Shown: positions 10,511 to 20,731, numbered from the stretch's first letter. The stretch is DNA of 64,000 bases from Candidatus Multivoradales bacterium (GCA_965248925.1 CBDFLE010000006.1:2048001-2112000); one strand, 5' to 3'. Made by a program: numbers and translations. Notes: generated by a model from the sequence alone, not told the origin.

Positions 10511-11701
10511 TCAGTCCAACTTGAGCAAGTCGAGCACCACCGAGCGTACCTCGGCACAGCGCTCGCTAGCGGCGTAGATCCTGAAGCTGTCGATCCGCGA
10601 CAGGTGGCGAATGAAGTTGCTGGCCTCGTACATGCTCTCCATCGAGCCGTCAAAGCGCTGCACCAAGACCCCGCTCTTGGCCAAGCGATGCGGGTCCTTG
10701 GCCGAGTGATCGATCATCAGGCCAGCGCCAAAACGTTGCTTCAGCCGGGGTAGCAGAGCGGCAAAGTTATCGCTGTCTCGACTGCTGAGGTGCTCGCGGG
10801 TTTCGTAGGCCAGGCTGTAGCGCTCGCGAAGCACCAGGGCTCGAGCGTGAAGATTGTCGGAGCCGCGCAAATCGTGCCACACCGAGATGTCATCGAGCCG
10901 CAGAAATGCTTCTGGCTCGGATGGCCAGCGGCAGCCCGCGGCCCGAAGCCACTCGTTCAGGTGCAACTCCATGACCTTGCCGGTGACGTTGAAATAAACC
11001 TGGGTAAACATGTAATACCGTGCCATCACCAAGGCTTCGAGGGCATGGACGCCACCGTGATCAACACCGATGCGCCAGCCGCCGGCGCCATCCTCCACCG
11101 GAATGACCGTCTCGATCAGCCGCTCCAGGTCGTAGCTGCCATAGCGCACGCCGCAGTAGAGGCTGTCGCGCAGTAAGTAGTCCATCTTGTCGACATCGAG
11201 TTCGCTGGAGATGATCTCACCGAGCAGCCGCTCGATGCCCCGCCCAGACTTCTCCAACACCCGTACCACTGCCGCCGCGTCGATGCCCTCGCCATGCTCG
11301 GCGAAGACCTCCTCGACCTCCGCCAGGGCCAGCAGCCGCCGGGTCATGTCTTCGTGATCAATGCCGTCCTCGAACAGATCCTCGGCAGTGTGGCTGAAGG
11401 GAGCGTGACCGATGTCGTGCAACAGGGCGGCGACCCGTACCAGGCGCCGAGCCACACGCGTAGAGCCCTGCTCCAGAGGTCCGTCGCTGCGCCCCGCCAA
11501 GGCGTCGTAGACCCGCCCGGCCAAATGCATGGTGCCGAGAACATGGCTGAAACGGCTGTGCTCGGCGCCAGGGAAGATCAGGAACGTCGGACCGAGCTGG
11601 CGAATAAACCGCAAGCGCTGCACCGGGCGGGTTTGGATCAGCGCCGTCTCGAGGGCGTCTGTGCGGATGAAGCCGTGGATAGGATCGCGGATCGATAGCA
11701 T
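10511..11701 (-). CDS. HD-domain phosphohydrolase (SAMHD1/dNTP triphosphohydrolase-like)
   Basis: IRDPIHG, QRLRFIRQLG, HSRFSH, LLHDIGHAPFSH, DVDKMDYLLRD, MFTQVY. Confidence 0.9.
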   Translation of the reverse strand: MLSIRDPIHGFIRTDALETALIQTRPVQRLRFIRQLGPTFLIFPGAEHSRFSHVLGTMHLAGRVYDALAGRSDGPLEQGSTRVARRLVRVAALLHDIGHAPFSHTAEDLFEDGIDHEDMTRRLLALAEVEEVFAEHGEGIDAAAVVRVLEKSGRGIERLLGEIISSELDVDKMDYLLRDSLYCGVRYGSYDLERLIETVIPVEDGAGGWRIGVDHGGVHALEALVMARYYMFTQVYFNVTGKVMELHLNEWLRAAGCRWPSEPEAFLRLDDISVWHDLRGSDNLHARALVLRERYSLAYETREHLSSRDSDNFAALLPRLKQRFGAGLMIDHSAKDPHRLAKSGVLVQRFDGSMESMYEASNFIRHLSRIDSFRIYAASERCAEVRSVVLDLLKLD

Positions 11702-11768
11702 CGAGCGGCCCCTTGTAATTTGAGGATGGACAGGTCAGATCCGGGCAATGCTATCAACCAACCTCTGC

Positions 11769-12365
11769 CTATAACCAACACAGTCGCTCAACCGCGGCGG
11801 CCTCCGCCGGCAGAGCAGCGACCAGTTCACTTACTCGGGCACCATCGCCAGGCAATCTCAAGTTGGGTAGCAGCTCGGCCAGCGGCGCGAGTACAAAACG
11901 CCGCTGGCGCAGCCCTGGATGGGGCAGGCAGAGGTGGGAATCTTGGCGCTCGACGGCGCCGAAGAGCAGCAGATCGACATCCAGCGGCCGCGGCCACCAC
12001 CGTGGCGCCGGGCGGCGGCCGGCCCGCCGCTCGAGACTTTGGGCAAAAGCCAGGACCGCTTCCGGCCCGTCGCCACCGGCTAGCGGCAGCCGCCGGGCGG
12101 CGACGGTATTGAGGTAGTCCGGCTGCTCGATCTCGCCACTTGGTGGAGTCAGAGGCGGGCTGCGATAGAGCGACGCTACGCGCCATGGACCGTAGCGTTG
12201 TCGGAGCAGGTCGAGGGCGCTCCGCAGCTGCTTTTCGGGTTGGTCCAGGTTACTTCCCAGCCCCAAGACCACCCAGGCGGAAGCCCGCCCGGTAGCAACC
12301 GGTCGAGCCCTGCCGCAGGTCTCTGGGGACGCTGTTGCCGAATCGCTGTCGAAGTTTTCGTTCAT
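11769..12365 (-). CDS. folK: 2-amino-4-hydroxy-6-hydroxymethyldihydropteridine diphosphokinase
   Basis: LGLGSNL, QPDYLNTV, PRPLDVDLLL, LPHP, RRFVLAPLAE. Confidence 0.92.
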   Translation of the reverse strand: MNENFDSDSATASPETCGRARPVATGRASAWVVLGLGSNLDQPEKQLRSALDLLRQRYGPWRVASLYRSPPLTPPSGEIEQPDYLNTVAARRLPLAGGDGPEAVLAFAQSLERRAGRRPAPRWWPRPLDVDLLLFGAVERQDSHLCLPHPGLRQRRFVLAPLAELLPNLRLPGDGARVSELVAALPAEAAAVERLCWL

Positions 12366-12434
12366 CGTCTCTATGACGCTGACTGCCGCAGCCTGCTTGC
12401 CGCTTGCTGGGGGTCAGGGTAGCATTCCGAGAGA

Positions 12435-13169
12435 ATGAACTTCTCAGCCCAGGATATTCGCCGACAACCCCTCTCACTCAGTCGGGTCGCGCAAGTCTTG
12501 CTGCTGGCCGGCGGACTGGCAAGCGCCTTGTCCACCGCTGGCGAGAGCCCCGGCAAGAGCAGTGACACCCTCCGTCTCGAAACTCTGCTGGCCGAGATCA
12601 CAGAGGCCCAGCGCGGGCGTCGAACCCTGCGCGCGGAACTCTTCCAACGCCAGGAAAGTGAGCTGCTGAGCGACGCAGAGGAAGCGCGCGGCAGGTTCTT
12701 CTACCGGGCCCCAGATCAAGCCCGGTTCGAACTCGAGGGCTCCGAGCCCACCGTACTGCTGCTGCGCGGCGACACCCTGCTGACCTGGTACCCCGAACAG
12801 CAGCGCGCCGAGCGCCAGACCGGCGGTCGGCAGGTAGGGAGGCTGATGCAGATGTTGGCCGGCGGCGGCATCGCCGATCTCAGTCGCCGCTTCTCTACTC
12901 GCGCGGTCTTTCCCGCCGATCCTGAAGCCCCCTGGCGGCTGCTCTTCGAACCTCGATCACGCCGCCTTGCACGGCACCTCGAAGAAGTTGAGATCTGGAT
13001 CGATCGACAGCTCTACGCGCCGATCTACGTGCGCATCCAACAGGCCAGCGGCAGCACTGAAATCCGCTTGTCGAACCTCGAGCCTGATGTCGAGCTAGCG
13101 GCCGACATCTTCGAACTCGACCTGCCGGCCGGCACCGAAGTGGTGGAGCTGGGCTCCGGCGGCGGCTGA
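12435..13169 (+). CDS. lolA: Outer-membrane lipoprotein carrier protein LolA family
   Basis: Signal peptide. TLRAELFQ..ARGRFFYRAPDQARFE, LTWYP, IWIDRQ and IFELDLPAGTEVV patterns are typical of LolA. Confidence 0.75.
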   Translation: MNFSAQDIRRQPLSLSRVAQVLLLAGGLASALSTAGESPGKSSDTLRLETLLAEITEAQRGRRTLRAELFQRQESELLSDAEEARGRFFYRAPDQARFELEGSEPTVLLLRGDTLLTWYPEQQRAERQTGGRQVGRLMQMLAGGGIADLSRRFSTRAVFPADPEAPWRLLFEPRSRRLARHLEEVEIWIDRQLYAPIYVRIQQASGSTEIRLSNLEPDVELAADIFELDLPAGTEVVELGSGGG

Positions 13170-13536
13170 GGCCGCACCGAGCCGGCGCGAGAAGCCTTAC
13201 CAAGAGTGGCAAAGAGACACAATGCCCGCTGCTTGTATCTTGACTTCACGAACGACTTGAGAGAGGGTACCGAGCTAGGCATGTTAACGGGTCTAGTCTG
13301 CGATCTGGCCGCACTTCACGCCGCTTCGAGCGTTGTAGCGCGGCTTGCTGGCAGGGCCCTTACAGCCACTCGAGAAGCGACGGAGACTCCATTCCGGCAC
13401 CCCCTGAGCAGGACACGCTGCACAGAGTCACACGCCCAGTAGATTTAGGCGATCACCGCCGGTCTTTGCACGACCGGCCAGTGGTACGAGTGTCTACCGC
13501 GTCCGGCGTAAGAATCGAAGGAAGAACGACTCACCG

Positions 13537-13848
13537 ATGAATTACCTGCTCCTCGCCTCCGCCAAACCCGGCCTCGGAGGCATGCTCACCGGCATGCTAC
13601 CGATGGTGCTGATCTTCGCCATCTTCTACTTCATCGTCTTTGCGCCGATCCGCAAGCGCCAGCGAGCCTTGGACGAGGTAATTCGCAACCTCGGCAAGGG
13701 CGCCAAAGTGGTGACCAACGGTGGTTTGCACGGCGAAGTAGTCAAGGCCGAAGGCGACATTTTGGTGGTCAGGATCGCCGACAACGTCAAGGTGAGGATC
13801 TCGAAGTCCGCGGTGGCCGGACTCGCAGGAACCCCCCAGGAGAAGTGA
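13537..13848 (+). CDS. yajC: Preprotein translocase subunit YajC
   Basis: IFAIFYFIVFAPIRKRQ, KVVTNGGLHG; lies directly upstream of secD. Confidence 0.93.
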   Translation: MNYLLLASAKPGLGGMLTGMLPMVLIFAIFYFIVFAPIRKRQRALDEVIRNLGKGAKVVTNGGLHGEVVKAEGDILVVRIADNVKVRISKSAVAGLAGTPQEK

Positions 13849-13855
13849 GGGAATC

Positions 13856-15427
13856 ATGGACCGCAACCTTCAGATCCGCTTGATTGTCATCCTCGTGGTG
13901 CTGGTCGGCGCGGCGCTCATGGCCTATCCACCGCAGGACAAGATCAACCTTGGGCTCGACCTGCGCGGTGGCATGCACCTAGTCCTACAGGTGGTCACCG
14001 AGGACGCCTTAAGAGCCGAGACCAACAATCGCATCGACACCGTCTTGCAGGAGTTCGAGGACGATGTCCCAGGCATCGAAGGCAACCGGATCAACGACAC
14101 CACTTTCGAGATCAGCGGTCTGACGGCCAGCCATGACGAAGCGGTTAATGACTTGCTGCGCGACTACCTACCGCAGTGGAACCTCCAGCGAGTCGGCGGC
14201 AAGCTGCGCTTCGAACAGCAGGAACGTGCCAAGCGCGAGATCGCCGACCTCTCGGTGCGGCAAGCGATTGAAACTATCCGCAAGCGCATCGACTCCCTCG
14301 GAGTCACCGAGCCGGTGATTCAGCGAGGTGGCTTGAAGAGCAGTCGGATCGTCGTTCAGCTGCCTGGAGTGGACGACCCGGAGCGGGTCAAGAAGATCAT
14401 CAAGAGCACCGCCTTGCTCGACTTCCGCTTGGTTTCCAGGCAGCTGCAAACCTCAGCACCCACTCGCCAGGCGATTATCGACGCTCTCGGCGGCTCGATC
14501 CCGTCGAATATCGAGGTGATGAAGGAAGAGCGGCGTGATTCGCTGACCAACGAGGTCATCGACGAGATCTGGTGGGCGCTCGACAAGCGCCCGGTGGTCA
14601 CCGGCCGCGACCTCAAGAACGCCTCCGTCGGCTCTGGGGAGTTCAACGAACCGGTGGTGCAATTCAATTTTTCCCGCGAGGGTGGGCGAAAATTCGGCGA
14701 TGTCACCGGCGCCAACATTGGCAACCTGCTGTCGATCATCCTCGACGGCCAAGTGCGGCAAACCGCCACCATCCAGAGTCGCATTACCGACAGTGGCCGG
14801 ATCACCGGCGGTTTCGGGCTCGAAGAGGCACAAGACTTGGTGACCACCCTGCGATCGGGCGCGCTGCCGGCAGGCATCACCTACCTGGAAGAACGCACGG
14901 TCGGCCCGTCCCTCGGGCGCGAGTCGATTCGCAAGGGCCAACGGGCGGCACTGATCGGCCTTGTCTTAGTAGCGCTGACGATGCTCATCGTCTACAAGTT
15001 CACCGGCATCAATGCGGTCACTGCCCTGCTGCTCAACATGGTGCTGGTGTTCGGTGCCTTGGCGGCTTTCGGCGCTACCCTGACCCTGCCCGGCATCGCC
15101 GGTATCGTGCTGACTATCGGCATGGCGGTGGACGCCAACGTGCTGAATTTCGAGCGTATTCGGGAGGAGCTGCGAGCTGGCCGGACGGTCAAATCCGGCA
15201 TCGCCACCGGCTTCAGCAAAGCCTTCTCGTCGATCGTCGACGCCAACATCACAACCTTGATCGCCGCGGTTTTCCTGTTTCTCTTCGGCACCGGGCCGAT
15301 CCGCGGCTTCGCCGTCACCTTGATCGTCGGCATCTTGGCATCCCTGTTCACCGCCGTCTTCGTCAGCCGGTTCCTGTTCGACCTCATCCACTCGCGCAAA
15401 CAGCGGGTTGATGAGCTGTCGATCTGA
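13856..15427 (+). CDS. secD: Protein translocase subunit SecD
   Basis: LGLDLRGG, RIDSLGVTEP, LRSGALPA, TVGPSLG, GMAVDANV, FERIREE. Confidence 0.97.
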   Translation: MDRNLQIRLIVILVVLVGAALMAYPPQDKINLGLDLRGGMHLVLQVVTEDALRAETNNRIDTVLQEFEDDVPGIEGNRINDTTFEISGLTASHDEAVNDLLRDYLPQWNLQRVGGKLRFEQQERAKREIADLSVRQAIETIRKRIDSLGVTEPVIQRGGLKSSRIVVQLPGVDDPERVKKIIKSTALLDFRLVSRQLQTSAPTRQAIIDALGGSIPSNIEVMKEERRDSLTNEVIDEIWWALDKRPVVTGRDLKNASVGSGEFNEPVVQFNFSREGGRKFGDVTGANIGNLLSIILDGQVRQTATIQSRITDSGRITGGFGLEEAQDLVTTLRSGALPAGITYLEERTVGPSLGRESIRKGQRAALIGLVLVALTMLIVYKFTGINAVTALLLNMVLVFGALAAFGATLTLPGIAGIVLTIGMAVDANVLNFERIREELRAGRTVKSGIATGFSKAFSSIVDANITTLIAAVFLFLFGTGPIRGFAVTLIVGILASLFTAVFVSRFLFDLIHSRKQRVDELSI

Positions 15428-15457
15428 CCGCCTGGTCCGGGAATCTCAGGAGCTGAA

Positions 15458-16654
15458 ATGCAGTTTCTCACCGCTACAAAAATCGACTTCATGAAGTACC
15501 GCAAGTTCTTCGTCGGGGTCTCCTTGACGCTGCTGACAGCGGCCATCGCTGCACTGTTCCTCGGCGGCCTCAACCTCGGCATCGACTTCTCGGGAGGCAC
15601 CCAGCTGCAGCTGCGGTTCAAGGACCAGCCCGACCCCGAGCAAATCGCTCGGGTGCTGGAAGACGCTGGCATCGGCGGTGCCGTGGTGCAGCGCTTTGGC
15701 ACCGTCGAGGAAAAAGAGGTGTTGGTCCGCACCCCGGTGGTCGCCAACAGCGAAGAGGGTAACAGCGGCGAGCTGATTGAGATCATCAACGCGGCGCTCA
15801 ACAACGGCGACAAGAGCAAGGACCTCAACCAACGCGGCAGCGGCTCGGTGGCCAGCTTGCTCAATCAATTCGACCCCGACGGCCGCTTGGCGGCGGGCGA
15901 CGATGATGTCGAGCAGCTCGCCTATTACAACACCGTTGCCAAACGGGTTCTGGGAGTGCGGAAGAACCTCAAGTTGATCGAAGACTTCACTCAGCTCGAC
16001 GGCATCGATGGGGTTAGCGCGGCGGTGTTTTCGACTCTGCGCGACAACGCTACACTGGGCAACATCAGCGTTCAATCGGTCGAAAACGTCGGTCCGCAAA
16101 TTGGTGGTGAGCTGTCGCAGAAGGGCATCCTGGCGGTGGTGATGTCGCTGCTCGGCATGTTGCTCTACATCTGGTTCCGCTTCGAGCTGCGCTTCGGCAT
16201 TGGCGCTCTGGTGGCGGTATTCCACGACTTTGTGATCGTGCTCGGGCTCTACGCGGTGGTTGGATACGAGTTCAATCTGCCGACCATCGCAGCCTTCCTG
16301 ACCCTGGTCGGCTACTCGGTCAATGACACCGTGGTGATCTTCGACCGGGTGCGCGAGAACATGCGCCGGTTCCGTCGTGAGCCGCTGGTCAAGATCATGA
16401 ACATCAGCCTCAACCAAACGCTGTCACGCACCATCTTGACCTCCGGCACCACCTTGCTAGCGGTCGGCTCGCTGTTCTTCCTCGGTGGCGAGGCGCTGCG
16501 CGGCTTCTCCTTCGTACTGCTGATCGGCGTGGTCGTCGGCACCTACTCGTCGGTCTTCGTCGCCAGTCCCTTCGCCCTGCTGTGGGAAAAATACTTTGGC
16601 CGCGACGCCCGCGAACGTCGCCAGGCTAGCCCCAACAGCCGAGCTGCGGCCTGA
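15458..16654 (+). CDS. secF: Protein translocase subunit SecF
   Basis: LGIDFSGG, VGPQIG, GYSVNDTVVIFDRVRE, QTLSRT, GTYSS. Confidence 0.97.
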   Translation: MQFLTATKIDFMKYRKFFVGVSLTLLTAAIAALFLGGLNLGIDFSGGTQLQLRFKDQPDPEQIARVLEDAGIGGAVVQRFGTVEEKEVLVRTPVVANSEEGNSGELIEIINAALNNGDKSKDLNQRGSGSVASLLNQFDPDGRLAAGDDDVEQLAYYNTVAKRVLGVRKNLKLIEDFTQLDGIDGVSAAVFSTLRDNATLGNISVQSVENVGPQIGGELSQKGILAVVMSLLGMLLYIWFRFELRFGIGALVAVFHDFVIVLGLYAVVGYEFNLPTIAAFLTLVGYSVNDTVVIFDRVRENMRRFRREPLVKIMNISLNQTLSRTILTSGTTLLAVGSLFFLGGEALRGFSFVLLIGVVVGTYSSVFVASPFALLWEKYFGRDARERRQASPNSRAAA

Positions 16655-16676
16655 GAGTAGCGACAGCGATGAGCAG

Positions 16677-16706
16677 AAGCCCCGCCCAAACCCGGCGGGG
16701 CTTTTT
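16677..16706 (+). terminator. Intrinsic terminator after secF
   Basis: AAGCCCCGCC-caaaccc-GGCGGGGCTT followed by a T run. Confidence 0.8.
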
Positions 16707-16752
16707 GCCGGGCGGTGAAACCTGGCTGTAGCTGCGTAGCCGCCTGGCCGAG

Positions 16753-17763
16753 CTAGGCCAGCAACCGCAGGGCTCCGGGCAGGATGTCGAAGGTAGCCAC
16801 TGCCGACGGGTGGCTTTCCCCGTCGAGATCAAAAGGCGGCAGCGGCGCGGCGGGAGTGATTCGCACTTCTCGACCGCGGCCCACGAGCACGCCGTCGAGC
16901 GACAGGTGAGTGCCGCGATAGAGCTGCACCAGGCGCCATGGCAGCTGCCAGCCGGAGATCGGCGGAATCAGCACCACGTCGAGCAGGCCGTCGTCGACCT
17001 CGGCCTGCGGAGCAATCTTCATACCTTTGCCGAAGTAGCGCCCATTGGCCAGCGCTACGCACCAGAAGAGCCCATCGCAAAACAGCTCGCCGTCGATCTC
17101 CACCCGGCAGCGCTCAGGCCGGTAGCTTGCCAAGGTCCGCAAGGTAGTCAGCAGATAGGTGGCCTGACCGCGATGTTCGAGCCGGTTGACCGCTTGGCCG
17201 ACCGCGCCGGAAACGCCGATCGAAGCGATATTGATGGCGAAACGGGTGGCGCCGTCTCCGCTGCGGAGGCGAATCGCGTCGAAGAGTCTCGGCGTAGCCT
17301 GAAGCGCCTGCCGCAGAGCCGCCCGCGGCTGCCGTGGCAAGTCCAAGCAGCGGGCTAGGTCGGAGCCCGTACCCGCGGGAATCAAGCCCAACGCGACCCG
17401 CTGCCCCAAGCCGCTGCTCAGCAGGCTAGAGGCCGCCAGTTGAGCCGTACCGTCACCACCGATGGCGATCACCCGCCGGGCTCCCGCGGCCAGTCGGTGG
17501 TCGAGCTCGGTCCGAGCTTCAGCGGCACTCTCGGCCAGCACCAGGTGAGCGGTGGCGAGCTGCGGCTGCCGCTTTTCGAGAAGGCGCCAAGCAGCCAGCG
17601 CTCGACCGCTTCCCGAACGCGGATTGACATAGATGATGGTGTTGTCCAAGTCGCCACTGGCCAAATCGTTACTCTCCCAATCCGTACTACCCGAGTCGGT
17701 GCAGTTGCAGTCGGTACCACGACATCCATAGCCAGTGCCGTCAAACCTTGACGCCGGCATCAA
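16753..17763 (-). CDS. Diacylglycerol/lipid kinase family protein (YegS/DAGK)
   Basis: VNPRSGSG, AIGGDGT, IPAGTGSDLAR, NGRYFGKGMKIAP, DDGLLDV, DGE. True start may be ~110 nt downstream. Confidence 0.88.
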   Translation of the reverse strand: MMPASRFDGTGYGCRGTDCNCTDSGSTDWESNDLASGDLDNTIIYVNPRSGSGRALAAWRLLEKRQPQLATAHLVLAESAAEARTELDHRLAAGARRVIAIGGDGTAQLAASSLLSSGLGQRVALGLIPAGTGSDLARCLDLPRQPRAALRQALQATPRLFDAIRLRSGDGATRFAINIASIGVSGAVGQAVNRLEHRGQATYLLTTLRTLASYRPERCRVEIDGELFCDGLFWCVALANGRYFGKGMKIAPQAEVDDGLLDVVLIPPISGWQLPWRLVQLYRGTHLSLDGVLVGRGREVRITPAAPLPPFDLDGESHPSAVATFDILPGALRLLA

Positions 17764-18050
17764 GACTTTTCGCTATTGACCCCCGAAACAGCACCATTTA
17801 TCCGCAAGTGGCAAAAATAGTTGGTGAATATCGTGTATGTGAGTGTAACGAAACCGCTTCACTTTGCGCCTATAGAGAGTGAAGGCGGATAGTAGTCGGA
17901 TAGAAGCCAGACAACCGTCGCTAGAGCCCAGCCTAGCCGCCGCGGGCGAATTCGTCGCAAGATGTCGAATTTAGCTGCCAGAACGCGAATACAAAGGGAG
18001 AAAAGGCTAAAAAGCCGACTCCTTAGAGAGTACCGAGAGGAAGGTCATCA

Positions 18051-18395
18051 ATGCTTGAACTCAGCTTCTACAACGACCAGAAACTCTTCCTAAGAGTGCA
18101 GCTCGGCTCTGCCACGATCACGCTCGGTAGCGGCGACGACTGCGAAGTCCAGCTGCCTCACCGGTCGGTGGAGGGCCACCACGCGCGAATTACCTCGAAC
18201 CCTAACGGCGAATACTGGATCAAAGATCTGAGCCGCAGTGGCACTCGCCTCAACGACTCTTGGCTCTCTGGTCGCACCCGGCTGCAACCGGGCAGTCGGA
18301 TCTACATCGCCAACTATGTGCTGGTCTTCCAGCCCGCTAGCATTCACCCAGGAGCGCTGCCAGCCGACCCGCAGAGGGAGCACTTGGAGCTCTAG
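18051..18395 (+). CDS. FHA domain protein
   Basis: ITLGS..C.VQL...V..HHARI...YWIKDLSRSGTRLN pattern; RBS-like GAGGAAGG upstream. Confidence 0.75.
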   Translation: MLELSFYNDQKLFLRVQLGSATITLGSGDDCEVQLPHRSVEGHHARITSNPNGEYWIKDLSRSGTRLNDSWLSGRTRLQPGSRIYIANYVLVFQPASIHPGALPADPQREHLEL

Positions 18396-18396
18396 G

Positions 18397-20421
18397 ATGA
18401 CTACCGCTTCCTCCCAGCACGCACTCCGCCGTCGCCAACCGCTGGCTACCTGGAGCACCCTGACGGTCTTGATCGCCAGCGCGGCGCTGTGGCTAGGCCG
18501 CAGCGGTTCACTGGCCAACATCGGCGTTGGCAGGCTGCTGGGCTTGCTAGCGGTGGGATTGCTGCTGGGGGTCTACCTGGCAGAGAAGAGACACTCACCG
18601 CCCCACCGTGGCCGAGGGAACGATGACGTTCCGAGCCCCCTCGACCGCCGCTTGCTCGAAGCCAGCCGGCAAGTCAACCAAAGTCTCGACTTGGAAAGAG
18701 TGCTGGACACCGTCCTCAGCCAGGCCCGCGAGTTGCTCGATGCCCGCGACGGTTCCCTGATGTTGGTTCACGGCACCCGCGAACTACGGGTTTCGGCGGT
18801 GATCGGCGATAGCGCGGCCAACGGCGCCCGCAGAGCCTTCGGCGAGGGCATCGCTGGCAGGGTGGCGAGCTGCGCCAAGCCCCAGTTGATCGCCGGTACC
18901 ATCGAGTTCGCGGGGCGCCGGGTACCCCCTGAAGCGCCAGCGGCACCAGCCAGCGCCCTCTCGGTGCCACTGCTCGACAAGAACCACTTGATCGGTGTGC
19001 TCAACCTCAATGCGGCGCACGGTCAGAGCTACTGCGAAGCCGACTTACGAGTCCTGGAGTTGTTCTCCGGCCAAGCCGGCAATGCGATCGCCAATGCTCA
19101 ACGCTTCGAAGCCGAACGTTTGCTGTCATCACGCAGCCGCTATCTGGCGTTGCACGATCCTCTGACCCACTTGCCCAACCGGGCTCATTTCTTAGCTCGC
19201 CTGGAGCGGGCGCTGGCCGATCAGCAACCGCACTCTCCTGCCGCCGTGCTCTATTTGGACCTGAACGATTTCAAGCCGATCAACGACCGATTCGGACACG
19301 ATGTCGGCGATGCGCTGCTCTGTGGAGTTGCCGATCGTCTGCGCCAAGCATTGCGGTCAACGGATCTGGTGGCGCGGCTGGGCGGTGACGAATTCGCTGT
19401 CCTGCTGCCTCCCGCGAGTTCCGCGCCGACCGTTCTGGCTACTGCTCACCGCCTGCTTCAGGCATTGGCTGAACCCGTGCGGGCTGGCGCACACAGCCTG
19501 GTCGTACAGGCTAGTATCGGCGCCGCGATCGCCGAACACGACGGCAACTTGGGCGACGATCTACTGCGCCGGGCAGACAGCGCCATGCAGCTCGCCAAAG
19601 CGCGCAGCAACAACCAGCCGGTACTCGCCGAACCCAGCCAGCACCCGGCTCAGAGTCCACCGGGAATCCAGCTTCGCCGCGCTCTAGCCAGCGACCAGCT
19701 AGAGCTTCGCTATCGGCCATGGGTTGACCTCGAGAGCGACACACCCCTCGGCTTCGAAGCCCTGGCCTTCCTCCGCACCCACCAGCCAACTTTGAGCCGC
19801 GTCGAGCCGGGGGCACTCAAGGATCCCCAATTGGCCATAGTTTTCGACAACTGGATCCTCGAGCACGCCTTGCATCCGTTGGCCAGCGCCACGGATCAGC
19901 GGCTAGACCTCTATCTCAGCCTGCAGGCCCCGTCCCTATCGGATCCGGCCCTCCCCAGCCGCCTGACGGAGGCTTGTCGTCGAGCCGGTCTAGCACTCGA
20001 TCGCCTCGTCCTGCAAATCCCGGAGCGGATAGTGCAGAACGATCTTGAGCACGCCGCTCACCGATTGACCCGGCTCAAGGCCCTCGGCTTGCGCATCGCG
20101 CTCGATCAGTTCGGCAGCGGTGAAGCACCTGAAGAGCCCCTCCACCGGCTACCGGTCGACATGCTCAGGGTGGACCCAATGTTCGTCTCCGGACTGGCTC
20201 AAGACAGCGGCGCCGAAACCCTGCTGGGCCACCTCCTCGGGCTCCAACAAGCCTTAGATCTGGAGATAGTGGTCAGCGGCGTCGACCGCCTGGACCAGGC
20301 CGATCGACTGCGCCAATTGGGAGCCCACTTGGCCACCGGCAGCTACTTCGGAGAGCCGTTGAGTGTGGCCCAGCTGGCAGCCAGCTTTGCCGCCCGGCCA
20401 TTCAGTAGCCAAGCAAGCTGA
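18397..20421 (+). CDS. Membrane-anchored GAF-GGDEF-EAL c-di-GMP signalling protein
   Basis: Two N-terminal TM segments, GAF (GEGIAGRV, LSVPL, GVLNL), HDPLTHLPNR, FKPINDRFGH, intact RLGGDEF. EAL domain has GFEAL but LDQFG in place of DDFG. Confidence 0.88.
   Translation: MTTASSQHALRRRQPLATWSTLTVLIASAALWLGRSGSLANIGVGRLLGLLAVGLLLGVYLAEKRHSPPHRGRGNDDVPSPLDRRLLEASRQVNQSLDLERVLDTVLSQARELLDARDGSLMLVHGTRELRVSAVIGDSAANGARRAFGEGIAGRVASCAKPQLIAGTIEFAGRRVPPEAPAAPASALSVPLLDKNHLIGVLNLNAAHGQSYCEADLRVLELFSGQAGNAIANAQRFEAERLLSSRSRYLALHDPLTHLPNRAHFLARLERALADQQPHSPAAVLYLDLNDFKPINDRFGHDVGDALLCGVADRLRQALRSTDLVARLGGDEFAVLLPPASSAPTVLATAHRLLQALAEPVRAGAHSLVVQASIGAAIAEHDGNLGDDLLRRADSAMQLAKARSNNQPVLAEPSQHPAQSPPGIQLRRALASDQLELRYRPWVDLESDTPLGFEALAFLRTHQPTLSRVEPGALKDPQLAIVFDNWILEHALHPLASATDQRLDLYLSLQAPSLSDPALPSRLTEACRRAGLALDRLVLQIPERIVQNDLEHAAHRLTRLKALGLRIALDQFGSGEAPEEPLHRLPVDMLRVDPMFVSGLAQDSGAETLLGHLLGLQQALDLEIVVSGVDRLDQADRLRQLGAHLATGSYFGEPLSVAQLAASFAARPFSSQAS
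20263..20421 (+). repeat. Copy A of ~160 bp diverged direct repeat (3' end of the EAL gene)
   Basis: Aligns codon for codon with 21034-21193; hand count 31 mismatches in 159 nt plus one indel. Confidence 0.9.
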
Positions 20422-20512
20422 AGCTCGTGTTGCCTGCGGGTTCAGAAAATGTGGTCCAAGCCTGCCGTAGCCCGCTCAATCGTGAGCTACCCCGATGAGA
20501 TAGACTCAGACC

Positions 20513-20731
20513 ATGGACGGAGCATTGATCAATTTGGACACGCTCTCCGACGAGGAACGAATCGACCTTGCAGTTGCCCTCTGGGACAGCGTTAGTGAGA
20601 AGGGAGCACCCCTCCCGCTAACTCCCAATCAGGCACAGGAGTTGGACCGTCGAGTCGTAACATACAGGGCAGATGGTTACTCGGGCACACCCTGGCGCGA
20701 ATGCATCGAGCGGATCGACGAACGTAGCTGA
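20513..20731 (+). CDS. Putative addiction-module antitoxin
   Basis: LSDEERIDLAVALWDS...QELDRR...GTPW pattern. Stop overlaps the toxin ATG (TGATG). TAGACT -10-like box at 20501-20506. Confidence 0.82.
   Translation: MDGALINLDTLSDEERIDLAVALWDSVSEKGAPLPLTPNQAQELDRRVVTYRADGYSGTPWRECIERIDERS

Noticed and set aside
10511-11701. HD dNTPase as an anti-phage defence gene
   Set aside because: Sits among housekeeping genes (folK, ABC exporter) with no defence-island context.
13170-13536. ncRNA or riboswitch upstream of yajC
   Set aside because: Only a short hairpin (GCCGGTC-N7-GACCGGC near 13458-13478); no recognisable RNA family motif, and the 78-aa ORF is unconvincing.
17764-18050. c-di-GMP riboswitch upstream of the FHA-GGDEF operon
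   Set aside because: No GEMM-type consensus elements found by eye.
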